Assembly (NCBI GenBank): GCA_963674735.2
Contig: CAXXQS010000002.1
Span: 1,760,001 to 1,824,000 of the forward strand
Length of the DNA stretch: 64,000 nt
Source: Myxococcota bacterium
GTDB taxonomy: Bacteria; Myxococcota_A; SURF-8
Reading direction: 5' to 3'
In this document: piece after piece, positions 47,780 to 57,369 of the stretch
Layout of the letters: the number at the start of each line of letters is the position of its first letter
Position numbering within the stretch: the first letter of the stretch is position 1
Made by a program: the position numbers and the translations under genes
The notes under the pieces: model-generated
What the model saw: only the letters and a program-made list of their open reading frames with translations
The model's database searches: none
What the model was told of the DNA's origin: nothing

Positions 47780-48517
47780 ATGATCGGAACATATCGATAT
47801 GCCATTCGGCGCGGCCCCAAAACGTATGGTATCGAGAATCTGGATTTACTTCGCGATCTGGCCAACCGGCGAAAGATTGTCCCCCAGGATTTCATCTATT
47901 CCTATGAGAGGGGCGAATGGATCCGGGCCGGTTACCTGTTCGACCTGTTCGACATCTTCAATTTCCAGAGCCACGGCGGCCTGGTCAGCGGTCCTCCGCC
48001 GAAGGAGCGGCTGAGTGCGCCCGAGTTGATGGAATCGGAGAAAGTGGGGCTCAAGGATGGCAGCTCGCGTCTGACGGCTCCCCAGTATCGCGCCCACCGT
48101 TCGCCGCCGAGGGCTTCTTCTCCGCCGGCTTCGAAACTGGCAACGGATCTGAGTCGTTTGTTTGACGACGTTCTTCCCGAACAACGCCACCCGGTTCCGG
48201 TGGAGGAGGAATTCGAGTTGTCCGACGAAAAATTTTACGAGGCTTTGCAGTCGACCGGCTACCATCCCAAGACCGCGACCTCTCTGATCGGAGAGGAAGA
48301 GATCGTCGATATGGATTCGGCTGAAAAACGGCGCTGGATGCCGGTTAGCGGGACGACCGTCGCGTTATTGGCGTTGTTGGTGATTGCCGTGGCCGGAGCC
48401 TTCGGCTTCTATGCCGGGAAAGCGCTCAATGAAGACAACATCCCGCGCTTCGCCGTGCTGGAGTTGAGCGAGAGTGGTTGGTCGGCTCGGCCGCTGCCGA
48501 TCCGCGACATCAACTAG
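47780..48517 (+). CDS. Hypothetical protein, GYF_2/DUF4339-like N-terminus and C-terminal TM
   Basis: YAIRRGPKTYG...LRDLANRRKIVPQDFIY...WIRA; GAGG RBS; TM near the C-terminus. Confidence 0.55.
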   Translation: MIGTYRYAIRRGPKTYGIENLDLLRDLANRRKIVPQDFIYSYERGEWIRAGYLFDLFDIFNFQSHGGLVSGPPPKERLSAPELMESEKVGLKDGSSRLTAPQYRAHRSPPRASSPPASKLATDLSRLFDDVLPEQRHPVPVEEEFELSDEKFYEALQSTGYHPKTATSLIGEEEIVDMDSAEKRRWMPVSGTTVALLALLVIAVAGAFGFYAGKALNEDNIPRFAVLELSESGWSARPLPIRDIN

Positions 48518-48624
48518 CGCCTGCTCGTGTGGGGAGTGGGCTGAAAAGAAACGGCGATCCAGCCTGAATCGGCCGGACCGCCGGGAGCGTTGTTCATCGA
48601 CGAGCGCGTTCGCGCATATGCATC

Positions 48625-49971
48625 CTAATCAAAACTGGGGGCGTTGGTTTGCAGCCAGGTGACCACCTGTGCGAGCTGATCGTCATTGGCCAGCATGGCG
48701 TCGTGGCCCAGCGCCACGAGGGTGTTGATGGCATCGTTGCAGTCGCCCTGGAAACTCTGGTTCAAACACTGCGTGGTAAAGGGTGTCATGGCGATGCTGA
48801 TGTTGGATACCACGTTGCGCCAGGTGATGCCCCCGCCGTCTTCCACGCCGTAAGGCGTTTCATCGACATCGGCGGTGGCCGGGTCGCCGTTGAGGTTCCA
48901 CTGCACGCTGTTGGTGCTTTGCAATTGCCCCGCGTAAGCCGGATACATTTCCTGATAGCCGACGCCGGCCAGCAGGTTGATCAGGGCCGCGTTGGTGCCG
49001 TGGTTCGCGCCCCCCATCAGGACCACGTCGCGTACGTACTGGTTTCCGTTGCCCGCCGCGATATACTGGCGGGTGCTCAAGGCTCCCATCCCATGTGCGA
49101 CGATGTCCACTTTTTCGCAGCCGGTTTCGGTAAGCAGGGTTTGAACGGCCGCCGCCAGTTCGATGGAATGGGTGATATTGCTGTCTACCGCATTGGTGTA
49201 ATCGATGGCGAACATGTACGAATCGGGATAATTGGCCGCTTCCAGCTTGTCTTTCATGCGGTTCCAGTCGCCGGGTCCGCCCGCAGCCTGGTGGACCATC
49301 ACCACCGGATCATGATCCCACAGATAGGCAAAGCCGTGTTCCAGGGACGCCTGGTCCGCCCCACGCTGCACCGTTACGGTATGGCTGCCGATGTACTGGG
49401 CATCCGCCGGTGGGAAGGTGGCATCGGCGCTGGTGGACGACAGCACGTTGACGGCGGTGGCCTGAATCGGGCCCACCATGACCGTCATGCCGGTTTGGAA
49501 ACCGGTGCCGGTAATCGTAACCGGGTGGGAGAAATTGTAATGGCCGTTTGCCGGTGAGACCGCCGTGATGCTGAGCACGCCCGGATCGGTGTCGCCATCG
49601 GTGTCGCCATCGGTGTCGCCATCGGTATCGCCATCGGTGTCGCCGTCGGTGTCGCCATCGGTGTCGCCGTCGGTGTCGCCATCGGTATCGCCATCGGTGT
49701 CACCGTCGGTATCGCCCTCGGTGTCGTCGTCCGTGTCGCCGTCCGTGTCGTCACCGTCGGGATCGTCACCGTCGGGATCGTCGCCGTCGGGATCGTCGCC
49801 ATCGGGATCGTCGCCATCGGGATCGTCGCCGTCGGGATCGTCGCCGTCGGGGGATTGGTCGCCGTCTATGTCGCCGTCACTACTGCTGTCGCTATCGCCG
49901 CAAGCGGTCAGGCCGCAGCAAAACAGACAGAAAGCGATGAGTAGAACAAGGGGTAAACGGGTATACAGCAT
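48625..49971 (-). CDS. Lipoprotein: DGD-repeat linker, IPT/TIG domain, lipase-like alpha/beta hydrolase lacking the nucleophile
   Basis: Lipobox LTAC; ITAVSPANG...VTITGTGF (IPT/TIG); KVDIVAHGMG, GGANHGT. Confidence 0.8.
   Translation of the reverse strand: MLYTRLPLVLLIAFCLFCCGLTACGDSDSSSDGDIDGDQSPDGDDPDGDDPDGDDPDGDDPDGDDPDGDDPDGDDTDGDTDDDTEGDTDGDTDGDTDGDTDGDTDGDTDGDTDGDTDGDTDGDTDGDTDPGVLSITAVSPANGHYNFSHPVTITGTGFQTGMTVMVGPIQATAVNVLSSTSADATFPPADAQYIGSHTVTVQRGADQASLEHGFAYLWDHDPVVMVHQAAGGPGDWNRMKDKLEAANYPDSYMFAIDYTNAVDSNITHSIELAAAVQTLLTETGCEKVDIVAHGMGALSTRQYIAAGNGNQYVRDVVLMGGANHGTNAALINLLAGVGYQEMYPAYAGQLQSTNSVQWNLNGDPATADVDETPYGVEDGGGITWRNVVSNISIAMTPFTTQCLNQSFQGDCNDAINTLVALGHDAMLANDDQLAQVVTWLQTNAPSFD
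49585..49879 (-). repeat. Coding tandem repeats (DGDT 12-bp and DGDDP 15-bp units)
   Basis: Visible in both DNA and translation. Confidence 0.92.
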
Positions 49972-50149
49972 AGTCACCTCTCCAAGCAAAAGGGAGTTGC
50001 AAAGCGCCGGATGACATCAAGATGTTGACGGATTGCGGTACGTAAACAGCGCAACGAATCTAGTTTATCTTACATGTGAAAGCGTTGCCGCGCAAGCCAA
50101 TGTGAGACTTTCCGATGCTACAAACAGCCTCGGATCGGTTGGAATCGAG

Positions 50150-50506
50150 CTAGGCCGCCAGCCAGACGCGCGCTGCATAGGAAATCAGCAGCGAGAACAG
50201 CAGGTACAAAAGCGAGACACCGATGCCGCCCGCGTAAGAGGTTCCCAGAATCAGCGTGAAACCGGCCGAAGCCAGAAGAAAAGCCACGATCGTGCCGTAG
50301 GTGGGCACCAGCATTTCGCCGACCTGATACAAGATGGCGCTGATCAGCAAGGCCAAGGCGCACCACAGAAAGCCCGTTCGCTTGGCGGCCATCCACATGG
50401 CGGCGAGTTTTACCGGGACCACCAGGATGATGACTTTGATGACTAGAATCAAAATCGTATACAACCCGTTCGCGTCCAGACCCAGACCACGCAATTCGTT
50501 GAACAT
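50150..50506 (-). CDS. Small integral membrane protein (~4 TM)
   Basis: GGAGG RBS; almost entirely hydrophobic. Confidence 0.7.
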   Translation of the reverse strand: MFNELRGLGLDANGLYTILILVIKVIILVVPVKLAAMWMAAKRTGFLWCALALLISAILYQVGEMLVPTYGTIVAFLLASAGFTLILGTSYAGGIGVSLLYLLFSLLISYAARVWLAA

Positions 50507-50751
50507 CGATCATCCTCCCAACCCAGCCCCACCGGGCGCCATGTTTACCTGCAGCGTATGAGTGGCAGTATGCCTTTCCAGGGTGGCGGCGTCAATGCCA
50601 AAGCACGCTTTTTATGGGTCGGGAAGTTGCTGTTGTGGCGCGGATGCGTTAGAATATCCAATCGGAAACAGGTGCGTATTCTCCAAGCAGTCCACGTACC
50701 GACCCATTCGAGTCGGAGGGAGGCGAGATGCATAGGTGGAGCCTTTTGGAC

Positions 50752-53220
50752 ATGACGAAACGCTTGCGTGTGGGACGAGACGGCCGTGTCTTGATCGTGG
50801 CCGTCTGCTCGGCGCTGTTTTTCATGGGTGTCGCAACGGCCGCTCCTGCGGATACGGAAACCCCGACCGACGCGGCGGTTGAAGAAGCTCCGGCCGACGA
50901 TGCGCCCGTTGATGGTGCGGCTATCGCCCCGGTCGAGCCGGTCGATCCGCACCTGGTGATGGCGCAGGCCAAACAGGACTGCGAAATCGGCGATGCTTCG
51001 GCGTGTCTGGCGGTGGGCGAATCGCTGATGATGGGCCGGGCGGGTGTGCAGGACGACAAAGCGGCGCGCCGCTGGCTGCACATGGCCTGCACCGAAAACC
51101 AGTATGGCGGGTGCTATTACCTGGCCGTGCTGTTGGAATACGGTCGGGGCGGGGGAACCCAACCCATCGATGCGGCCAAGCTGTTTAAAAAAGCCTGTCT
51201 GGGCGGTGTTCCCGATGCTTGTCTGGCTATCGCGCGTGTGCGACGCAGTGGCAATGGCGCTCCCAGCGACAAACCCAAAGCGCGTCGGTTGTTTCAAAAG
51301 GCCTGCCACGGACGCAATGCCGAAGCGTGTTTGCGTTTGGGAGAAATGGCGGCGGCGGGTGAAGGCGGAAAGACGGACCGCGATCTGGCGGTCGATCTGC
51401 TCGGTTACGCCTGCGAACGCAGCATCGATGAAGGCTGCTGGCGCAAGGCGGTGCTGCTCGAAGAAATGGATCAGTTCGATGAAGCGCGCTCGTTGTACGG
51501 CTTCAGTTGCGATGTGGGCATCGCGGAGGGCTGCTTGTCGTTGGGTATGATGCTGGTGGAGGGTCGCGGCGGCGATACCGATCCGGCCTCGGCGCGTCAA
51601 CGTTACCTGCAAGCCTGCGACGGTTCGATTTCGGAGGGCTGCTGGCGTTTGTCGCTGATGCACCGCGACGGGATCGGCGGCGAGGTCTCGGCTCCGCAGG
51701 CCCGGTTGTATGCCCTGCGCGCCTGTGATGGCGGCGAAGCGGCGGGCTGTCTGGAACTCGGGCGGGTACTCGATACCGAAACGGCTTCCCCCGCCAAATT
51801 AGGCGAGGCCCGGCGACGTTATTCCAAGGCCTGCGAAGGCGGTATTTTCGAAGCCTGCGCGCGTCTGGCGGACATGCAGGCCGGGGGGCGCGGCGGCAAA
51901 GCCGATACCGAAGGAGCCGAGCGTCACTATGTCATGGCCTGCGACGGCGGCGATCTGGAAGCCTGCTTCTCGTTGGGGCATTTGCTCGATCGTCCCGATG
52001 CGTCCGCCAACCGCCTGATTCGGGCGCGAAAAGCCTATGGACTCGCCTGCAATGACGGCGGGGAAGGCAACATCCCCGAGGGCTGCAGCCGTTTGGCCAG
52101 CCTGCAGGCGGCGGGACGGGGCGGCGCACTCGACATGCGCAAAGCGCGCGGCAATTTCGAGTTGGCCTGCAAAGCCAAAGACAGCCTGGCCTGTTTCCAA
52201 TTGGCGGGCTTGTTCCTAAGCGGCGACGGCGGCGAGAAAGATACCGCCCGTGGCCTGCAAGCCTATGGCGAGGCCTGTACCGGCGGCATTCCCGAGGCCT
52301 GCCACCGCTTGGACGGTCTGACCACCGGAGCAAATAAAAAGAACGAACGTGCCTTGGCACGCAACGGCCTTCTGGCGGCCTGCGACGGCGGCGATATGGG
52401 CGCTTGCTTTTACCTGGGCGACTCCTACGATACCGAGCGGTCAAACGTCGATGAGCAACGCGTGGGCCGTACCTATTTCCAACGCAGTTGCAACGGCGGC
52501 GAATCGGAAGCCTGCGTGCGTCTGGCCTTGATGCTGGTGGCCGGTCGCGGCGGGGTCTCGGACTCGACCGGTGCACGCGAGGCCTTTAAAAAGGCGTGTG
52601 TTCATGGGGGCAATCCGGGCGGTTGTTTTTACTACGGCCAGATGCTGGCGGATGGGACGGGCGGCAAGAAGGACGCAGCCGAGGGGCGGCGCATGTTGGA
52701 GCTGAGTTGCGATAACGATGTGGCCGAAGGCTGCTTCTTTCTCGGACATATGCAAAGCAACGGCGAGGGCGGCATCAAAGACGCCTCTCTGGCGCGAAAT
52801 TCTTACCTCAAAAGCTGCGACCGCGGCATGGCCGCGTCGTGTGCGCGTCTCGGCGAAATGTGGCGCAACGGCGAGGGCGGCGAAAAAGAAGCCCGGCGCG
52901 CGCGCGGGTATTACCGGCGTGCCTGCGTCAACGGCAACGACCCGGATGGCTGTGTGGTTTACGGACAGCTCTGGCGTGTCGGCGAGGGTGGAAAAGCGGA
53001 TCAAGAGCAGGCAATGCGCTATTTCACGCGAGCTTGCAAGGCCGATTACGCCCCCGGTTGTCTGAGTGAGGCGGAATTGCTGGAGCGCACGGCGCAAGGC
53101 CCAATCGAAGCCGACAAGGTTCGCAATCTATACCGCCGTGCCTGTGAATTGGGCGAGGAGTCGGCCTGCGTGAAAATCGGCGCTCCCAAGCCGCAACCGG
53201 CGGCCGACGATCTCGAATAG
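50752..53220 (+). CDS. Secreted Cys-rich Sel1-like repeat (Hcp-type) protein
   Basis: Signal peptide; many ~36-aa repeats of the form KAC-x-GG-xxx-AC-xx-LG...GxGG-xx-D. Confidence 0.88.
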   Translation: MTKRLRVGRDGRVLIVAVCSALFFMGVATAAPADTETPTDAAVEEAPADDAPVDGAAIAPVEPVDPHLVMAQAKQDCEIGDASACLAVGESLMMGRAGVQDDKAARRWLHMACTENQYGGCYYLAVLLEYGRGGGTQPIDAAKLFKKACLGGVPDACLAIARVRRSGNGAPSDKPKARRLFQKACHGRNAEACLRLGEMAAAGEGGKTDRDLAVDLLGYACERSIDEGCWRKAVLLEEMDQFDEARSLYGFSCDVGIAEGCLSLGMMLVEGRGGDTDPASARQRYLQACDGSISEGCWRLSLMHRDGIGGEVSAPQARLYALRACDGGEAAGCLELGRVLDTETASPAKLGEARRRYSKACEGGIFEACARLADMQAGGRGGKADTEGAERHYVMACDGGDLEACFSLGHLLDRPDASANRLIRARKAYGLACNDGGEGNIPEGCSRLASLQAAGRGGALDMRKARGNFELACKAKDSLACFQLAGLFLSGDGGEKDTARGLQAYGEACTGGIPEACHRLDGLTTGANKKNERALARNGLLAACDGGDMGACFYLGDSYDTERSNVDEQRVGRTYFQRSCNGGESEACVRLALMLVAGRGGVSDSTGAREAFKKACVHGGNPGGCFYYGQMLADGTGGKKDAAEGRRMLELSCDNDVAEGCFFLGHMQSNGEGGIKDASLARNSYLKSCDRGMAASCARLGEMWRNGEGGEKEARRARGYYRRACVNGNDPDGCVVYGQLWRVGEGGKADQEQAMRYFTRACKADYAPGCLSEAELLERTAQGPIEADKVRNLYRRACELGEESACVKIGAPKPQPAADDLE

Positions 53221-53386
53221 GGAGGAGCCGGGCTCCTTCTCAGATCCGGATGGCGTCTCCGGTCGGTCAGAATCCAATCCGCCAGCTTGAAATGGGGGAA
53301 ATACGTCGGAGGCGTCGGTGTTTTTCGTTGGAAGTGTTCATATTCTTAACGCAATCAAAAAAATATGTAAAATAGAGTCTTTTTTT

Positions 53387-53413
53387 TCAAGACTTTTCCA
53401 ATTATGCCGATTA
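53387..53413 (+). promoter_or_regulatory. sigma28 (FliA)-type promoter
   Basis: TCAA-N15-GCCGATTA upstream of flagellin; consensus is TAAA-N15-GCCGATAA. Confidence 0.7.
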
Positions 53414-53498
53414 CCTAATTAGTAGGGTGTGCCAGCACCAAGATAAACTGGCTAGGCAAATCGGCAAGGGATGCCGATTCCCGATCACGGAGGACACG

Positions 53499-54320
53499 AT
53501 GGGATTCAAAATCCAAAATAATCTCCAAGCCGTATCTTCGTTAAACAACGTCGAAAAAACCCAAAAATTGATGAGCAAGCTGGTGGAGCGGCTGGCTTCG
53601 GGTGAACGGAGCAGCAGCGCCGCCGACGACGCGTCGGGAATGGCCGCCTCCTCGCGGATGCGGGCAGAGGTGGCATCGATGGAAGCCGCTTCGCGCAACA
53701 TTCAGATCGCCGAGACGACCGCCCAGGCGGCGGACGGGGTGATCAACCAAATCGAGCAGATGGCCGAGCGCATGCGTGAATTGGCCGTACAGGCGGGGCA
53801 TGTGGGAGCCGACCGGAACGCGCTCGACGGCGAGGCGCAGCAGCTCATGGCGGAAATGAATCGCACGGCCGCCTCGGCTTCGTTCAACGGCGAACCGCTG
53901 TTCGATGGCAACTTCAGCCAGGCGATACAAGTGGGCGGTGAAAACAATGCCGACAGTCGCATCGAGATGTCTCTGCCGAACCTGAGCACTCAGGCTTTGG
54001 CCGGCGGGCAGGCGTTCAGCGTCAATCTGCAGTCGCCCGAAGGGGCGCGCGCCGCGCTCGACAGCATCACCAGCGTGCTCGACACCCTTTCCGAGAGCCG
54101 CGGTGAAATCGGCAGCATCAGCAATCGTCTGGCGGTGGCCGAAACCAACCTGACGGTGCAGATCGAAAACAAGGTGGCCAGCGAGTCGGTGATTCGCGAC
54201 GCGGATATCGCCAGTGAAATCGCCGACTTCACCAAAACGCAGATCATGCAGGACGCCAGCTTGGCCATTCACGCGCAAGCCAGCGTGGCCCCGGCCAAGG
54301 TTCTCGAACTGCTGAAGTAA
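53499..54320 (+). CDS. Flagellin (minimal D0/D1 only)
   Basis: RLASGERSSSAADDASG, RMRELAVQA, FNGEPLFDG, SVIRDADIASE...HAQA; GGAGG RBS. Confidence 0.9.
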   Translation: MGFKIQNNLQAVSSLNNVEKTQKLMSKLVERLASGERSSSAADDASGMAASSRMRAEVASMEAASRNIQIAETTAQAADGVINQIEQMAERMRELAVQAGHVGADRNALDGEAQQLMAEMNRTAASASFNGEPLFDGNFSQAIQVGGENNADSRIEMSLPNLSTQALAGGQAFSVNLQSPEGARAALDSITSVLDTLSESRGEIGSISNRLAVAETNLTVQIENKVASESVIRDADIASEIADFTKTQIMQDASLAIHAQASVAPAKVLELLK

Positions 54321-54368
54321 ACCCGTTCGCAGGACTTCCCAGTCCTCACGACAAAACGGCCCTTATGT

Positions 54369-54392
54369 GCCCCCTTATCGGGGGCTTTTTTT
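54369..54392 (+). terminator. Rho-independent terminator after flagellin
   Basis: GCCCCC-TTATC-GGGGGC followed by T7. Confidence 0.8.
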
Positions 54393-54707
54393 GTGAATTC
54401 CATCGAAAAAGACCGGGAGTCGGGTGGGACTCCGATCCTCGATCCGGCTTGGAGTCGCGGAAACGAGTGTGTGTGGCGGTTTGTTTGGATGCTCTCTGCA
54501 TTGATGTTAAACAATGTTATCGTTTCGTATAGAAATGGTGTAACTATTTGCAGTTGCTAACTAATTTAAAAATTATATTAACTATAGCGCTCTGTGTAGG
54601 AGAGCGAAATGTGAAGAGAAGGAAGAACTTGGGCTTGCCGCGCCTCTAAGCTGTTGGTATGCTTTCCGCATCGTGTACGACTTTGGACCCTGGACAGGAG
54701 GATTGCC

Positions 54708-54920
54708 ATGAAAAAGCTGTTGGCCATCGCGATTGTGGCGCTGTTTCTCGCGCCGACCTTCAACGCCGTTGCCGCTGAAAAAGCCCCCGCTTTCAAGAAA
54801 GCCCCCGTGGTGAAGAGCGATGATCAGGCGCGCCACAAGATTCATCCGCAGATGGATCGCCAAAACCACGAGCCGCCCTATGTTCGCTGGCTCAAGTGGC
54901 GGATGCACCACGCGCGCTAA
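54708..54920 (+). CDS. Small secreted protein (70 aa)
   Basis: AGGAGG RBS; signal peptide MKKLLAIAIVALFLAPTFNAVA; basic, His/Trp-rich tail. Confidence 0.7.
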   Translation: MKKLLAIAIVALFLAPTFNAVAAEKAPAFKKAPVVKSDDQARHKIHPQMDRQNHEPPYVRWLKWRMHHAR

Positions 54921-55077
54921 GCGGTACTTCCCGGCTCCTGCGGCGGGCGGTCCGAGCCGCCTGCCGACTTTCCCCTCTAAGCGACGGATACCGCCGGTAT
55001 CCGTTGCGCTTTCATGTGTTGATTAACCGAGACATTTCAGACGGTGGGCGTTTTGTCGCGTTCATCGCGCGGGTTGC

Positions 55078-57369
55078 TCAATGGGCCGCCAGCGGATCGT
55101 CGAGAGGTTCAAGGCCGTCGCCGCACTCGTTGGGACCGAGGGCTTGGACGACCCGCTTGAAGCGGTCGCCGCGCTGGTAATATTTTTCGCCCGCCGGAGA
55201 GGCGCAGGCCGGGGAGAACAACACGGCTTCACCGCTGCGGGCGTCGTCGGCGGCGGCGCGGGTGGCGCTTTCCAGATCGGTGTAGCGTTTGACGGAAATC
55301 GGGGGGGCCAACGCGCAAAAAGCGGCGTCGAGGGCAGACGCCACGTCGCCGAACAGGTAGGCGGCGGCAACGCGTCCGCTGCAGGCGCGCGCGACGTCAT
55401 CGAAGGCGGTGCCCTTGTTGACGCCGCCGGCCACCAGTCGAATGGGCATCGTGAGCGCTTCGACGGCCTTGATGGTGGCGTCGGGATTGGTGCCCTTGGA
55501 GTCGTCGTAGAAATCCACCCCCTGGTGGCGGTGGAAGTGTTCGATGCGGTAGCGCACGCCGCTGAAACCCTGCACCACGTCGGTCAGCGTGCTATCCGAA
55601 ACCCCCAGCAGATAGGCCGCCAAGGCCGAGCCCATCAGGTTTTCCAGGTTGTGTTCGCCGGTGAATCGGCGGGTATGCATGAACGCGGGAAAGCGCCATT
55701 CGGGCCGCGCGCCGTAGCGCAGCACCAGGTCGGGACCCTCGATAAACGCGCCGTGCTCCAGGCGTCGACTGCGCGAGAAGGGCACCATGCGGGCGCGGCA
55801 GCCTTGGGGCAACAGCGTGTTGACGATGGGTTCCGAATCGATGTTGTAGACGGCGAAGGCGGCCTTGTCCAAGAGGGTGAACAGCCGTCCCTTGGCCAGG
55901 GTATAGCCGCGCAGATCGCCGTGGCGGTCGAGGTGATCGGGGGTGATGTTGAGCAGGATGGCCGCTTCCACCGGCAGGGCGGTCAGCTCTTCCAGCTGAA
56001 AACTCGACAATTCGATGGCGCAGACGGAGTTTTCGCCGAGCTTGGGCAGATCGTCCAGAACGGGACGGCCGATGTTGCCCACCAGATGCACGTCGCTTCC
56101 GTATTCACGCTCGAAAAAGCGGTGCGTCAACAGGGTGGTGGTGGTTTTGCCGTTGGTGCCCGAGATGGCCACCTTACGGCCGGGAGCGCGGCGTAAAAAG
56201 AGATCGATGTCGCCCATCACCGGCACGCCGCGACTGCGAGCACGGGCGAATGCGGGGCGATCGGCCGGAACGCCCGGTGAGCGCAGGACCACATCGGCGC
56301 GCCACACGCCATCGAGATACTGTTCACCGGTGATGATTTCAAGGTCGTGAAAGGTGGGGGCCGCGTTTGCAACGTCGCGCTCGATTGCGAGACGGGCTGC
56401 GGGGTCGGCGTCGCGCACGACCAGCCGCGCGGGCCGGTGGCGCAACACGTGGCGTAACAGGCTGCGGCCCGTCGCGCCATAGCCCACGATCTCGACCTGC
56501 TTGCCCGAAAGATCGTTGCGGATGTCCACCTGACGTACCTGGAAGCGGTCGCCCAGGCCCATGCGGGTCAGTTGGGCGATGATGTCCGCCTGCGGGCCGT
56601 TGGTGAAAATACGCGCCGTGTTTTTAGGGGCGTCGCCGTTTGTGTTCGCAGGCGCGTCGAGGGCGCGCACCTTCAGGTAGTCGCGCACGAAGTAAGCCAG
56701 CGAGATGGCCGGATTGATGATGGCGCAGGCGGGACCAACCGCCTCCCGGATCTCGTCGGCGAGACGCGGAAAATGGGTGCAGCCCAGAAACAGGGCGTCC
56801 GGGGGCGGGTCGAGCTGCGGCCCCAGAACCTCGGTCACCGATTGGCGGCGCAACGCGCTTTCGCGGATCGGGTCGGGATCGGGACGTTCCACCCGCTGCA
56901 CCCAGCCTGCCGCCGGAAGACTCACCGTTTGCGCTTCGGGCAGGATTGCGTTGAGCAGGCGCGGATAGACGCCGCTTTCCATCGTGAGGCGCGTGCCCGT
57001 CAGCAGCACCCGTTTGGGTCGACAGGCCACCAGTTCCAAAAGCGCACCCGCCGAGGCAATGGGCACAACATCCACCCCGGCGCGGCGCAGATGCCGTTTG
57101 AGCGGATGGGACTCGGGCAGGGCGTCGAAGACGACCGAGGCGGTATGGCAGGCGATGACCAGCAGTTTGACCCGTCGCAGCAACATGCCCTCGATGATCT
57201 CGCTTAAAAAACGCTCGATTTCTGCGGCCCGGCGCTCGCCGTAGGGATTGTTAACCGTATCGGCGAAATAGTAGATCTCTTCATCCGGTAGAATGCGTTG
57301 CAGTTGGTCGAGCAACTCCAAACCGCCCACGCCGGAATCGAAAACTCCGATGCGATCGTGACGATTCAT
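55078..57369 (-). CDS. murI-murD: Glutamate racemase - UDP-MurNAc-L-Ala:D-Glu ligase fusion (MurI-MurD)
   Basis: N-terminal FDSGVGG, IACHTAS, LGCTHFP; C-terminal GTNGKTTT, ELSSFQL, NITPDHLDRH, HNLEN, DDSKGTN, FSPACAS, all in one ORF. Confidence 0.88.
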   Translation of the reverse strand: MNRHDRIGVFDSGVGGLELLDQLQRILPDEEIYYFADTVNNPYGERRAAEIERFLSEIIEGMLLRRVKLLVIACHTASVVFDALPESHPLKRHLRRAGVDVVPIASAGALLELVACRPKRVLLTGTRLTMESGVYPRLLNAILPEAQTVSLPAAGWVQRVERPDPDPIRESALRRQSVTEVLGPQLDPPPDALFLGCTHFPRLADEIREAVGPACAIINPAISLAYFVRDYLKVRALDAPANTNGDAPKNTARIFTNGPQADIIAQLTRMGLGDRFQVRQVDIRNDLSGKQVEIVGYGATGRSLLRHVLRHRPARLVVRDADPAARLAIERDVANAAPTFHDLEIITGEQYLDGVWRADVVLRSPGVPADRPAFARARSRGVPVMGDIDLFLRRAPGRKVAISGTNGKTTTTLLTHRFFEREYGSDVHLVGNIGRPVLDDLPKLGENSVCAIELSSFQLEELTALPVEAAILLNITPDHLDRHGDLRGYTLAKGRLFTLLDKAAFAVYNIDSEPIVNTLLPQGCRARMVPFSRSRRLEHGAFIEGPDLVLRYGARPEWRFPAFMHTRRFTGEHNLENLMGSALAAYLLGVSDSTLTDVVQGFSGVRYRIEHFHRHQGVDFYDDSKGTNPDATIKAVEALTMPIRLVAGGVNKGTAFDDVARACSGRVAAAYLFGDVASALDAAFCALAPPISVKRYTDLESATRAAADDARSGEAVLFSPACASPAGEKYYQRGDRFKRVVQALGPNECGDGLEPLDDPLAAH

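Noticed and set aside
49585-49879. Regular repeats that could be a CRISPR array
   Set aside because: Contiguous 12- and 15-bp in-frame coding repeats with no unique spacers and no cas genes.
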